Below the pieces are notes generated by a model. It saw nothing but the letters and a program-made list of their open reading frames with translations. It ran no database searches and was not told the DNA's origin. This document shows positions 35,560 through 47,200 of a DNA stretch of 64,000 nucleotides, in pieces. Made by a program: the position numbers and the translations under genes. Source of the DNA: a virus. The DNA lies in the IMG/VR virus record IMGVR_UViG_3300042446_001168, one strand, 5' to 3'. How positions within the stretch are numbered: the first letter of the stretch is position 1; every line of letters begins with the position of its first letter.

Positions 35560-36356
35560 CTACAGGGGTAATTGGCGAAGAGGGATTTCGATGGTTTGTG
35601 GGCGTGGTCGAGGATAGAGATGATCCTAAGAAAATGGGTAGACTCCGTGTAAGAATATACAACGTGCATCCATTCAGCACCAGTGGTGAACCAGATAAAG
35701 TAAAAGTTCCTACCGAGCACCTGCCATGGGCAAGTTGTGTAAATTCTATATTCAGCGCAGGAATCATAAAAGATTATGGTAACGATCTTGGCAAAGACGG
35801 GGTAGGCATTACACCACTAGGAACAATGGTTGGTTCTACAGTATTTGGCTTTTTTGTGGATGGTAATGAGTGTCAAATTCCTGTAGTATTAGGATCGTTA
35901 GCTGCGCTTGTAGGGGAAGCAGAAGATAATGAGATCCCCAAAGCTGGATACGAACAAAACCCTGTGGAGTCGTTTAAGAGAGGCAAAGAGGTTAAAGCAA
36001 ATGCACCATTTATTGGTGAACCTCCTTCTCCGTATGGAGCTAAATATCCATATAATAAAAGTATCAGAACAGAATCAGGTCACCTGATTGAGATTGATGA
36101 TACTACTGCTAACGAGCGAATTCATATAATGCATCGCTCTGGCACGTATGTTGAGATAGACAAGGATGGGCGCACAGTTATTAAGACCGTCGATAAACGA
36201 TGCGATATTACTGTGAAGGATAATCAAGTGTACATTGGTGGAAACATGGATGTAAGAGTAATAGGCAATGTTAATATGATGGTTGATGGTACATACACTG
36301 TGGAATCAAAAGGAAATATGTTGTTCAAAGCTCCTAGAATAGATTTTAATCCATAA
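35556..36356 (+). CDS. 5: Baseplate spike gp5 (OB fold and beta-helix, no lysozyme domain)
   Basis: WFVGVVEDRDDP...GRLRVR, LPWA, VFGFFVDG, YPYN...TESGH..EIDDT...ERIH.MHRSGT. Confidence 0.93.
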   Translation: MTTGVIGEEGFRWFVGVVEDRDDPKKMGRLRVRIYNVHPFSTSGEPDKVKVPTEHLPWASCVNSIFSAGIIKDYGNDLGKDGVGITPLGTMVGSTVFGFFVDGNECQIPVVLGSLAALVGEAEDNEIPKAGYEQNPVESFKRGKEVKANAPFIGEPPSPYGAKYPYNKSIRTESGHLIEIDDTTANERIHIMHRSGTYVEIDKDGRTVIKTVDKRCDITVKDNQVYIGGNMDVRVIGNVNMMVDGTYTVESKGNMLFKAPRIDFNP

Positions 36357-36646
36357 TGCCATCAGTTCATAGAGATACTGACTCCAGGTCGTGCGGTGCT
36401 GCTACGGTATCCGCTCAAGGTAAAAGCGTGTTTGTAAATGGTCTCTTGTGGTCAGTAAATGGGGATCCAAACTCCCACGGTGGAGGGGCATTATCAGCTG
36501 CAACCAATGCTGTGTATATTGGTGGAATTGCTGTTTGTAATAATAACGACTCAGCCGCCCCTGACGCACTGTGTCCAGATCCAGGTGGAGCTCATTGCAG
36601 TCCATCTGCTGTTGGTGGGTCAGGTAATGTTTTTGTAGGGGATTAA
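36356..36646 (+). CDS. PAAR-like spike tip protein (gp5.4-like)
   Basis: D..SCG, VFVNG, GD...H, V.IGG, GS.NVFVG; follows gp5. Confidence 0.85.
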   Translation: MPSVHRDTDSRSCGAATVSAQGKSVFVNGLLWSVNGDPNSHGGGALSAATNAVYIGGIAVCNNNDSAAPDALCPDPGGAHCSPSAVGGSGNVFVGD

Positions 36647-37075
36647 ATGGCAAGTGTATCTTATGCAGATAAATTTACAGCTACCCAGCTTCGCTCGGAG
36701 CGGTATAGTGATTTCTATTTAAATTTTAATCGGAATTATGGTTCTGGGGATCTGGCTCGGTTAACTGACGAGGATGCCATTATATCCTCACTAAAGAATA
36801 TCATCTTCACCAGAAAAGGAGAACGTCCTTTTTTTCCTGAGTTTGGGTGCAATGTTCAAGGTCTACTTTTTGAAAACTTTTCTCAATTTACCTCTGATAC
36901 CCTTCAAACTGAAATTCGTACTGCTGTGGAGAATTTTGAACCCCGAATAAAAACCATTAATATAACAGTTAATGAATCTCAGGATGCTCACTCTGTTGAG
37001 CTCTTTATATTTTTCACCACAATAAATAATCCAGAAACTCTCTCTATTAGTTTCCTCCTTACAAAGCTAAGATAA
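36647..37075 (+). CDS. 25: Baseplate wedge protein gp25
   Basis: YSDF, SLKNII.T.KGERPF.PEFG, NFEPR. Confidence 0.92.
   Translation: MASVSYADKFTATQLRSERYSDFYLNFNRNYGSGDLARLTDEDAIISSLKNIIFTRKGERPFFPEFGCNVQGLLFENFSQFTSDTLQTEIRTAVENFEPRIKTINITVNESQDAHSVELFIFFTTINNPETLSISFLLTKLR
37021..37028 (+). promoter_or_regulatory. Putative late promoter upstream of gene 6
   Basis: AATAAATA about 50 nt before the ATG. Confidence 0.45.
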
Positions 37076-37076
37076 A

Positions 37077-38864
37077 ATGGCAAATTCTTCAATTAATCTG
37101 GTAGATCTGGATTTTAACGCGTTTAAAGAATCACTCAAAACATATCTAAGTTCTCAGACAAAGTTCCGAGACTATGATTTTGAGGGATCTAATCTAAATG
37201 TGTTGCTAGATGTTTTATCGTACAACACATACCTGAATTCCTTCTACCTCAATATGGTAGCTAGTGAGATGTTCTTAGACACAGCTCAACTTAGGGACAG
37301 TATAGTATCTCATGCTAAAGAATTAAATTATATGCCTCGATCGTTCAGATCGGCCTTTGCTAATGTCAACATTACTATAACACCATCTACTTCTACAAGC
37401 ACTGTAATAATCCCATCAAAAACTAGTTTTACTGCCCGGATTGGAGCTAACAACTTTAATTTTGTAACGGATGGAGCAATTGCAGTTACTACTAGTAACA
37501 ACGGGGTGTTCCATGCAAATAACGTAACAATTTATGAAGGTAGCTATGTTACTGACACTTTCGTAAAAAATACTATCATTGACAACCAAAGATTTGTGTT
37601 GACAAATCCTAATATTGATACCACCAGTATTGAAGTGGTGGTTACTGAAAATAGCGGCGCTAACGTGTACAGTTATATGCAAGCCTACTCTTTGTTTGGT
37701 GCTACCTCAAACAGCCAAATATTCTTTATGCAGCCCGCAGAAAACAATCAATACGAGCTGGTTTTTGGAAACGATGTGTATGGTAGAGATGTACGTAATG
37801 GAGCAGTTGTAGATGTTACGTACAGAAGCTGTAACGGAGAGTTGCCTAATGGAGCTGACACTTTTGTGAACAACAGCGCTATTGATGGTCATTCGAATGT
37901 GGCAGTCAATATAAACACTGGAGCCATATCGGGTGCGGTATCAGAAACTGACGCATCCATAAAGTTTAACGCTCCAAGGAGCTTTCAAACTCAAGAACGT
38001 GCCATAACGGAAAACGACTATAAAACTTTACTGCTTAGAGAGTTTCCAGAAATTGTAGCTATGTCAGTGTATGGAGGGGAGAAGGTCGACCCTCCACAGT
38101 ATGGTAGAGTTATAATTGCATTAGATACAAGCGATACTGATGGAGTTCCAGATATTAAAAAGCAAATATACAAGAGGTATCTGAGTGATAAAACTCCACT
38201 AGGATTCTCTGTAGAAATAGTGAACCCAATCTTCGTGTACCTACTTGTAGATAGCTCTGTAGTATATAACTACAACTCTACCAATTTATCAGAGGACGAG
38301 ATCAAGACCAAAGTTCGTGTAGCAATCAATACCTATAATGATACCTATTTGAATGACTTTAACAGTGAGATTAAGTTCAGCAAGTTCCTCAAAGAGATTG
38401 ACGATAGTGATCCTTCCATACTGAATAACGATACAGTTATTCGCCCGTACTTTAAACTTGTACCTTCCATAGGATCAAATACTAGTTTTGAATTTAGCTT
38501 CAACACCGAGGTGCTGAATACCACCCCAACATCAATATCTCACCCTATAGCATCTGATAGAGGCGTTTACTCCACTTCCTTTATTTCGGATGGTTTATCC
38601 TGCCAACTAGAGGATGATGGTAATGGTAATATCAGAGTAGTAAAAGTGACTACTACTGAGCATATTGAACTTAAAAAAGTTGGGACTATAGATTACACTA
38701 CTGGATCAGTTGTTATATCCAACCTCAAGGTATCCAGTTATGACGGAAGTGGTATTAAGTTTATAATTAAACCTATTAAGCAAGATTATAGTGTTGATCT
38801 AGATAAGATACTGGTTATTAACCCTTTTGATGTATCAGTCAATATGGTAGCAAGTACTAAATGA
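37077..38864 (+). CDS. 6: Baseplate wedge protein gp6
   Basis: LDF...K.SLK.YL, DYDFEGSNL..LLDVLSYNT, EMFLDTAQLRDSIVSHAK, QERAITENDY, YGGE...PPQYG. Confidence 0.95.
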   Translation: MANSSINLVDLDFNAFKESLKTYLSSQTKFRDYDFEGSNLNVLLDVLSYNTYLNSFYLNMVASEMFLDTAQLRDSIVSHAKELNYMPRSFRSAFANVNITITPSTSTSTVIIPSKTSFTARIGANNFNFVTDGAIAVTTSNNGVFHANNVTIYEGSYVTDTFVKNTIIDNQRFVLTNPNIDTTSIEVVVTENSGANVYSYMQAYSLFGATSNSQIFFMQPAENNQYELVFGNDVYGRDVRNGAVVDVTYRSCNGELPNGADTFVNNSAIDGHSNVAVNINTGAISGAVSETDASIKFNAPRSFQTQERAITENDYKTLLLREFPEIVAMSVYGGEKVDPPQYGRVIIALDTSDTDGVPDIKKQIYKRYLSDKTPLGFSVEIVNPIFVYLLVDSSVVYNYNSTNLSEDEIKTKVRVAINTYNDTYLNDFNSEIKFSKFLKEIDDSDPSILNNDTVIRPYFKLVPSIGSNTSFEFSFNTEVLNTTPTSISHPIASDRGVYSTSFISDGLSCQLEDDGNGNIRVVKVTTTEHIELKKVGTIDYTTGSVVISNLKVSSYDGSGIKFIIKPIKQDYSVDLDKILVINPFDVSVNMVASTK

Positions 38865-41800
38865 AAAAAATAGAAGACAATATCACATTATTTGTTAAAA
38901 ACCAGTTCCCGGAATTTTACAGGGAGCAGGGGAACAACTTCATAGACTTTGTGGCAGAATACTATGACTGGACACTGCAGACCAACAATGTAGGTCACTT
39001 CACCAGAAACTTGCTAAATTACGGCGATATTGACACCACAATAGAAGAGTTTCTTGAATACTACAAAACCAAATATTTAAATGGATCTGTTATCAACCTG
39101 GCCCAAACCAGGTTTGAAGTAAAGCATGCCAGCGATCTATACACATCAAAGGGGTCAGAAAGAGGGTTAAAACTATTCTTAAACAATCTGTACAACGTAT
39201 CTGATGTGGACGTGTATCGCCCGTCAGAAGATGTTTTAAAGGCATCTGACGGGGAGTGGTATGTTCCTGTGTATCTTGAGGTAGCTATATCTTCAAAGAC
39301 TAGCTCTTTTGTGGGTAAGCAAATAGTTGGATCGGCTTCGGGAGCAACCGCTTTTGTTGAAGGAGTCAATAGAAAATCTTTAAACGGAAAGTATTTTGAC
39401 GTAGTATATCTTTCCAACGTGAGTGGTAATTTTCAGCTTGACGAAATTATAACTAATGATGGTAGTCTTGCGCAATGTCCACGAATTATTGGTTCACTGA
39501 CCAACGTAACCATTATAGATTCTAGCAGGGGGTTTGAAGTTGGGGATGTGGTTGATATTAGTTCTGATGCAAGAGGTAAGAATGCTAAGGGACTAATCAG
39601 TAATACTGCGCAATCTACTGGAAAGGTATTCTTTACTCTAGCCAACGGTGGTACTGGATACAGACTTTTGACGCAGCCTATTGTCTCGGAGAAAACGGTT
39701 TTAGTACGCAATATAACATCCGCAAATCCTCTGATCACAGACTTCTTAATTGACGAGTATGTTTATCAACCACTTGCTAACATAGCCTTTGATTCTTCTA
39801 ACACTGAATTTTCGTATGGACAGTTGATAACTGGCGCCAATTCAACAGCTAATGTTGCTACAGGAAATATTGTTGGTAAGACTCAGACTCCAATTACTGG
39901 TACTGCTACAGCAAATTCATCATCAGCAGTTGTTGTTGGGTCCAATACCAGTTTTCTCAATCAACTAGCCAATAACGATTATATCAAGTTTCAAGCGTGT
40001 ACTGCCTCCTTTCAAGTTTTATCAATAACCAATGGCACACATTTGACACTCACATCATCAGGTCCAAATGTGGACGCCAATACAGTGGTTGTGGCCAATG
40101 GTAGTCTATTAGTTACAGTTGATACAGGTAGTTTTGCAGATGCTGATCGAATTGCAGGGTCCGCTGCTCTTATCAGCGGATACACTAACAAGACAGCTTA
40201 CGGAGTTGTTGTCGGGGCTAATGGTGGTGCTATTGGATTTAGCAATGTTGTTAATGAGTTCACTCCTAATGGCCACAACTTCATATACGGTGAAACTTCT
40301 AATGTGTATGCCAATGTCTCATTTGTAAGTACCGGTACTGGCGCAGCTTTTAGTATTGGTAGTTTGACTGATGAAGAAACGGTTTACCTCAATACTGATA
40401 GGGTTGGTGGTAACAACTCTATTGCTACTGTTACACTGACAGGAACAATATCAGCCAATACTACTAGCCCGCAAGTGAACGGAGTTAGCACATTATTTAC
40501 TACTGAGTTGTATCCTGGTGCACATATTAAATTCCTTGGTAACACTCAAGTTTTCCAAGTTAATACTATAAGCAATAACACTATATTAAATCTTACAACA
40601 AATGGTATACTACGTGTTGCTAATCAGTATGCTGTTACTAATGGAGCCTATCTATCAATTCCATTATCCGTTTTGAAATACGGATTTCCAAAACTACTAA
40701 CTGGTAACGTAAGCACTATCCTGAATCTAGCGCTCACTAGAGATAGCTATGAAATTGGTACAATTGCGTCATTAGCAAATGTCAATCCCGGATCCAGCTA
40801 CAATATAGATCCAATTGTTCAAGTGCGAGATGCTCCAATTGCTAGCTTTGGAAGAAAAGATCTGCACGTGGAAACCTCTAATCAGGTTGGAGTTTTTATT
40901 GAGGGGGAAGAGATTGTGCAATCTCTCTCATCCAATTCATACACCCTAAGTGTATATGGTTCTGTTAGTAGTTTAGTTGTTGGTGAGACTGCTACCCAAG
41001 TAATAAACTCAACTTCAAATGCTTACGGAGAGGTTATTACTTCAAACAGTAGTTTATTACTAATAAAAACAGAAAATGGGTTTGTCAACTCGGCTATAGG
41101 ATCTGCGTTATCTGGCACAGTATCATGTAACTCTACAAGTCCCCAAGTCAATGGAGCTGGTACTCTGTTCACTTCCGAACTAGCAAGTGGGGATTTCATT
41201 AAGTTTTCAAGTAATACTTTAGTATTTAAAGTGGACTCTATATCTAATAATACCAGAATGAGTCTTACATCTAACGGTGTTGCAATTTCATCTAACGCTT
41301 ATTCGCTGGTGTCCAACGTGGTTGTTGGAATGTCTAGCGGTACCCGGTTCATTGTAAACACGGCAGTATCTAATACTCAGCTTGCAATCTCAAGAGGAAG
41401 TGTTATCAATACAGGTTTGGATTTCATTAATCTCAAACGTAAGACATTTAATCAGTCATTTACTGCTAATGTAGTAATCTCAGGAACAACATCCGGTGCA
41501 ACGGCAAACGTGACTGGTGTGACACAAATTGAAAGTACCCAGTCAATGGGTAATAATGCAGTTGTATATGCTGATACTAGCAGTGTTAATGGATCAATCA
41601 TATCCATGGCAGTGATAGATTCTGGATATGCTTATGAGAATGGGGAGACTATAACAATATCAAAACCATCTAGTGAGTATATTGCTACTGGGTATGCCAA
41701 TTTAATCAATCAGGGAGTTGGTGAAGGGTATTTTAAATCAACAAGAGGATTCTTGAACGATGATAAATACATTCACGATGGGGATTTTTATCAATCGTAT

Positions 41801-41956
41801 TCATATCAAGTGAAAACAAGTATTCCTCTAGAAGTGTACGGAGAAACACTCAAACAACTTTGTCACGTAGCTGGAACAAAGCTTTTTGGCAATATTATTA
41901 AAGTGTCAACCGCAACCGTCACAGTAACATCTGCAACCTTAGACATAATCATATGA
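38861..41956 (+). CDS. 7: Baseplate wedge initiator gp7-like, with inserted beta modules
   Basis: QFPEFYRE, LYTSKGSE, LKASDGEW, C-terminal IHDGDFYQSYSY...HVAGTKLFG; synteny 6-7-8. Confidence 0.82.
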   Translation: MKKIEDNITLFVKNQFPEFYREQGNNFIDFVAEYYDWTLQTNNVGHFTRNLLNYGDIDTTIEEFLEYYKTKYLNGSVINLAQTRFEVKHASDLYTSKGSERGLKLFLNNLYNVSDVDVYRPSEDVLKASDGEWYVPVYLEVAISSKTSSFVGKQIVGSASGATAFVEGVNRKSLNGKYFDVVYLSNVSGNFQLDEIITNDGSLAQCPRIIGSLTNVTIIDSSRGFEVGDVVDISSDARGKNAKGLISNTAQSTGKVFFTLANGGTGYRLLTQPIVSEKTVLVRNITSANPLITDFLIDEYVYQPLANIAFDSSNTEFSYGQLITGANSTANVATGNIVGKTQTPITGTATANSSSAVVVGSNTSFLNQLANNDYIKFQACTASFQVLSITNGTHLTLTSSGPNVDANTVVVANGSLLVTVDTGSFADADRIAGSAALISGYTNKTAYGVVVGANGGAIGFSNVVNEFTPNGHNFIYGETSNVYANVSFVSTGTGAAFSIGSLTDEETVYLNTDRVGGNNSIATVTLTGTISANTTSPQVNGVSTLFTTELYPGAHIKFLGNTQVFQVNTISNNTILNLTTNGILRVANQYAVTNGAYLSIPLSVLKYGFPKLLTGNVSTILNLALTRDSYEIGTIASLANVNPGSSYNIDPIVQVRDAPIASFGRKDLHVETSNQVGVFIEGEEIVQSLSSNSYTLSVYGSVSSLVVGETATQVINSTSNAYGEVITSNSSLLLIKTENGFVNSAIGSALSGTVSCNSTSPQVNGAGTLFTSELASGDFIKFSSNTLVFKVDSISNNTRMSLTSNGVAISSNAYSLVSNVVVGMSSGTRFIVNTAVSNTQLAISRGSVINTGLDFINLKRKTFNQSFTANVVISGTTSGATANVTGVTQIESTQSMGNNAVVYADTSSVNGSIISMAVIDSGYAYENGETITISKPSSEYIATGYANLINQGVGEGYFKSTRGFLNDDKYIHDGDFYQSYSYQVKTSIPLEVYGETLKQLCHVAGTKLFGNIIKVSTATVTVTSATLDIII

Positions 41957-44253
41957 GCAAACTTATAACAAACAACCTTAAACTGTTTAACGTTGAGAAC
42001 TTTATCGAGTCATTTACAGAACCTGGGTTCAACATATACTATTTTTTTGTAGGCAATCCTCGACCGTTTACCAGCGACTCAACTCCCCCAGTGTTGTATG
42101 ATAATGTGCAGACCACTAGCATGGATGCACACGATAATATGATATATGGTAAGAGAATAACTGCTAACGATGTAGTTGCTATGTGTCCAAGACATGATTG
42201 GGAGAGTGGGTCAATCTATACAAAATATTCTCACGATAGCAACTCTCTCTTTGAGTCAGCTTTCTATGTGATGTCTGATGAGGGGTCAAGCTACGGTGTG
42301 TTTAAGTGTCTAGATAATGCGGGAGGAATTGCTTCTACCGACCAACCACTATCCACTGCTACAGAAGCGGATGATGATTTCTACTTCACCTCTGATGGGT
42401 ACCAGTGGAAGTATATGTACTCGGTTACCCCAACCCAGTATAGTAAATTTGCAACTCAAAGTCATCTACCAGTTTTTGTTAATGCTAATGTGGTAGGTAA
42501 CTCGGCTAGTGGATCTATAGATAATATTCAAGTAGTTTCACCAGGAAGTTCTTACGCATCCTACACTAATGGATCGTTTCAAGAAGTAAGAGTAGGTGGT
42601 AATCCACTAGTGTATGCTATTGAATCAACCGCATCATCTAACTCAAATTTTTACGTTAATAGTGCATTGAAAATTACTAGTGGAGCTGGAAGTGGGCAAC
42701 AAAGATTAATAACCGGATATACTGTTGCGGGTTCGGCAAGAAGAGTATACGTTGATAGTGAATTTGATGCATCAGGACTTCCTACTACGGCATCCACATA
42801 TGAAATTACTCCTTTAGTTACAATAACAGGAGATGGTTCTGGCGCTAAAGCTCGGGCTATTGTAAATGCTTCCAGCAATACCATACACAAAGTTGAGATT
42901 GTAAACAGAGGAGTTAATTATACATATGCCACAGTAACTATTACAGGCAATACTGGCATAGTCAATGTAGCTACAGCTACAGCTATAACGGCAAATACTG
43001 CAACAGCAAAAGTCATTATCAGTCCCAAGGGTGGACATGGTAGTAACGCCGCTGCTGAGCTTGGTGGTAAATATGCTGGAATTAGTGTTGAGTTTGATAG
43101 TGCGTTGTCAGGTAATAAGGTAATTGATGAGAATGATTTTAGAAGTGTTGGAATTATTAAAGATCCAGCTTTTGCAAACGTTGTATTATCAATAACTGGG
43201 TCGACCGGTACTTTTTCGGATGATGAGGAGGTCACTCAGGGTTCGGGAGCAGCAATTGCTGGTATTGTGGTTACTAGTCCGGGATCTGGATATACGGCTA
43301 ATGCAGTGGTGACCATAACTGGTACCAGCTCTAATTCCGCAACCGCAGTAGCTGTTGCAAATTCATCGGGAAGAATATCAACCATAAGTCTAACCAATGG
43401 TGGTGCCGGATACGTTATCCCATCAGTCACCGTATCAGCTCCAGCAGCATACTCGTTCAACTCATACAGTGGTACATCCACCCCTGATGATTTTATTATA
43501 GTATCCAATAATAAGTTTCAAAACAACGATTATGTGAAATATCTTGTAGCCACTGGTAATACTGTCATATCGGGGTTAGCAAATAATACTAGCTACTATG
43601 TGGTGTCTGCAAACTCTACGGGTGTAAAACTCTCTTCAACTCTTAACGGATCAGCTATTGATATAACGGCTGGATCTTCACCTGGAGAAACCGGACATTC
43701 GTTGACGGGGCAAACGGCAATAGCTACAGCTGTGCTGAGCACCGAAAGAACAATTACTGCACGTGGTACTGTGTACGCAGCAAACGATTCTGTAGTTAAG
43801 CTGACAAATGCGTATGGCTTTTTTGTAGTTGGTAACTCGTCCGTAAGTTTGCTGTATGGCAACACAACATCGTATGTTGCTGAGTGTACGTCAGTTACAC
43901 AACCTACCACATACTTTGACCAAACTTATAAGGTTGTTGCTGCCCTTCAGACAGCCCAAAACTTTGTTGAGGATGAACTTGTAACTCAATCTGAGAATGC
44001 AACTGGATATTTCTATTCATCTAATAATACAGTTGTTCGGTTAGTGGATAAACGAGGAACTATAAACCAAAGTGACATATCAACAAATTATTACATTGAT
44101 GGAAGTACGTCAACAGCCAAATCCCTAGTATCCGGGATTATTCCTGCAGACCTGATACATGGTTCAGGGGACGTTATATATATTGAGAACTTCACACCAA
44201 TTACAAAAACTGGCGGCCAAACAGAAACGGTCAAGCTCGTACTGGAATTTTAA
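41953..44253 (+). CDS. 8: Baseplate wedge protein gp8-like, with inserted domains
   Basis: MIYGKRI, R.DW.SG, VFKCLDN, DGYQWKYMY, P.GGHG, NDFRSVGIIKDP, SGDVIYIEN, QTETVKLVLEF. Confidence 0.88.
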   Translation: MSKLITNNLKLFNVENFIESFTEPGFNIYYFFVGNPRPFTSDSTPPVLYDNVQTTSMDAHDNMIYGKRITANDVVAMCPRHDWESGSIYTKYSHDSNSLFESAFYVMSDEGSSYGVFKCLDNAGGIASTDQPLSTATEADDDFYFTSDGYQWKYMYSVTPTQYSKFATQSHLPVFVNANVVGNSASGSIDNIQVVSPGSSYASYTNGSFQEVRVGGNPLVYAIESTASSNSNFYVNSALKITSGAGSGQQRLITGYTVAGSARRVYVDSEFDASGLPTTASTYEITPLVTITGDGSGAKARAIVNASSNTIHKVEIVNRGVNYTYATVTITGNTGIVNVATATAITANTATAKVIISPKGGHGSNAAAELGGKYAGISVEFDSALSGNKVIDENDFRSVGIIKDPAFANVVLSITGSTGTFSDDEEVTQGSGAAIAGIVVTSPGSGYTANAVVTITGTSSNSATAVAVANSSGRISTISLTNGGAGYVIPSVTVSAPAAYSFNSYSGTSTPDDFIIVSNNKFQNNDYVKYLVATGNTVISGLANNTSYYVVSANSTGVKLSSTLNGSAIDITAGSSPGETGHSLTGQTAIATAVLSTERTITARGTVYAANDSVVKLTNAYGFFVVGNSSVSLLYGNTTSYVAECTSVTQPTTYFDQTYKVVAALQTAQNFVEDELVTQSENATGYFYSSNNTVVRLVDKRGTINQSDISTNYYIDGSTSTAKSLVSGIIPADLIHGSGDVIYIENFTPITKTGGQTETVKLVLEF

Positions 44254-44264
44254 CAGAGGAATAA

Positions 44265-47200
44265 ATGTCACTTGAAACTAATTTTAACGCATCACCATTC
44301 TATGATGACTTTGACGAAGAGAAGAACTTTCATCGGGTTCTTTTCAGACCAGCTGTACCAGTTCAGGCAAGAGAGTTAACTCAGCTTCAGACTATTCTTC
44401 AGAACCAGGTTGAGCGTTTTGGTGACAATATCTACAAACAAGGTACTGTTATTAAAGGGTGTAATTTCACCTACGACTACAACTATCAGTACATCAAGAT
44501 TAGGGATTTACAAGTAGATGGCCAGAATGTAACGCTACCTAATTACATGGGGTTATATGCAACAGATACCACATCTAATTTAAATGCTGTGGTGGTAAAC
44601 TACGTTACTGGTCTTGAGACTCAAGATCCTGAAACTAATATATTATACATCAAGTATCTTAACACTGGCGATAGCGAGAAGAAGACCTTTGCAAACAACG
44701 AGACAATTACTCTTTTTAATAGTGATTATAGATTAGATGACGTTCTGATAACGGTTTCTGGTACTGGATATAGCAATACAGAATATCTAACTTTTACTGG
44801 AGGAGGTGGGTCGGGCGCAGCTGCTAATCTAGTAACTTACTCTAACGGCTCTATTAGATCTATTATAATTAGCAATTTTGGATCTGGATATGTTACCGCT
44901 CCAACTGTAGCCATAGTAAATTCAACAGGTGGTGCCACCGTTTCTGGATCTGGTGCAGGCCTTACAGCAATTAATTATTATGCACAGATAACTGTATGTG
45001 ATAGTACTTTTTCAGCTAACTCAACTACTCCTGTGGGAACAGGCACAGCTGCTACTATTGGCGATGGTATAATATACCAAAAAGGACATTTTGTCAGGGT
45101 AGAAGAGCAGACAGTCATTCTGGATAAGTACACTACGTCTCCTAACAATGTAGTTGTTGGATTCTATACCCAAGAATCAATTGTCAATTCCTATTTTGAT
45201 TCCACATTGCTGGATAATGCTCAGGGATATTCTAATTACACTGCTCCTGGTGCTCACAGATTAAAACTTACACCAACTTTACAGGTACTAACTACTCAAG
45301 CTGCATCGGGTAATTCAGAATTCTTTAAGTTAGTTGAATTTGAAAATGGTAGAGTAATTAAACTAAAAACTGAAACTGAATTTAACTCGGTAGATAAAAA
45401 ACTTGCTTTGAGGACGTCTGAGGAGAGTGGCGATTATGTTGTCAGTCCGTTTACCATTAGCACCGAAGATATTACTGGTAACACTACTCACCTAAATGCA
45501 GTAGTTAGTTCTGGTATAGGATATGTTGATGGTACTCGTGTAGAGTTGAATGATTCGGTGAGAATTGCCATCAGGCAAGGTACTGATACTAACACTTCTA
45601 TAAATCAGTCCATATCTACTAACTATGGTAATTATGTACTAGTGGATCAAATATTAGGAGTGTTTGATTTTACCGCTGCAGCTTCAGTTAATTTAAGAAA
45701 TACAGCTGCTACAGACAACTCGGATAATTTTGGAGGAGGACCATCCTCACCAGGATCAGTCATAGGCACATCAAAGATAAGATCTTTAGTATATGATTCA
45801 GGTGTACCGGGGTCACCAACTGCCAGGTATAGACTGTATCTATTTGATATTGTCATGTCACCTGGAAATACTTTTAAAGATGTAAGATCCATTCAAGCTA
45901 CTGGGGTTGTTGCCGACACGGTTCTTGAGAACAGTGTTTCTGTATTAAAAGATACGGATTATGATACACTATCATTTACAAGTGGGTATGCCTCAGTTAA
46001 GTCAGTTGCAAATGTAGATTTTATATACAGAACTGTTACTGCTAATACATTTACAACTTCGGGAAATGTGAATATTCAAGTGACAGGGACGTATGATTAT
46101 TTCCCATATACTCCAGCATCGACCCTGAATAGTATCCAAGAGCAGGATTTTATTGTTGTTCCCACTGCCAATGCTACAGGAGCCACAGCCCTATCTGGTA
46201 CTGTTGCTACTACCGGCAATGTTGTCACAGGTACCGGCACAGAGTTTGCTGGTCAGTTGCAGGTTGGAGATCATATTAAATTCCAAGCCAACGACACGTT
46301 CTTCAAAGTCACTGCTATCACTAACACCACTTCAATGACCGTGAACAGCGTTGGTCCACAGTCGTTAACTGGTAATACGTTGTTTTTAGCTTTCCCAAAA
46401 AATATTCCTATCAGACTTGACAGGGAGACTGCTAACGTTGCTATTGATGCTACCGGTAAATTTGCATCTATCTACGTCGGCAATACCATTTCAGGTACAA
46501 CTGATGTTAAAGTATTTCACAATGTAAAGGTGTCACCCGGTGTTAATACGGTGTACAAAGCAAAGACAGTTACTAAGCAGGTTTACGTAAAGTTATCTAC
46601 TGATAGATTGAGTACAACTACAATAGGACCTTGGTGCTTAGGTATCCCTGATGCCTATAAATTAAATGCAGTGTATGTTGGAACTTCTAATACATACTCA
46701 AATACTACAACCAATTATGCAAGTAGCTTCGAGTTAGTTACTGGCCAATCTGATAATGCGTATGGATTATCATATCTTAGATATAAGCCAGGCAGTATTT
46801 TGTCCTTATCAGCAACCAGTTGTTTGTTGGTGTCAGTTGACTTATTCACTCACAGTGCCGGTTATTTTTTAGCAGCTCCATCATATCCAATAGATGACTC
46901 AACAGTATCTCTACCAGCTAACAAAATAAGAACCTCTGATATACCAACATTTAGATCCCCAAAAACTGGTAGACTTTATAATATTAGAAGTATTGTTGAT
47001 TTTAGGCCAATAGTAGCTCCAACCGCTAACGTTGCTGCAACAACTGTTGCTAGTGCAACAGTGGATCCCGTAACTACAGAAACTCTAACTGGTACCTTAT
47101 ACTTTCCAACTCCCAACGAGATTTTTGAAGGGGATGTTGAATATTACATGCCTAGAGCAGATAGAATTGTTATTGATAAGAACAATAACATTAATGTTAT

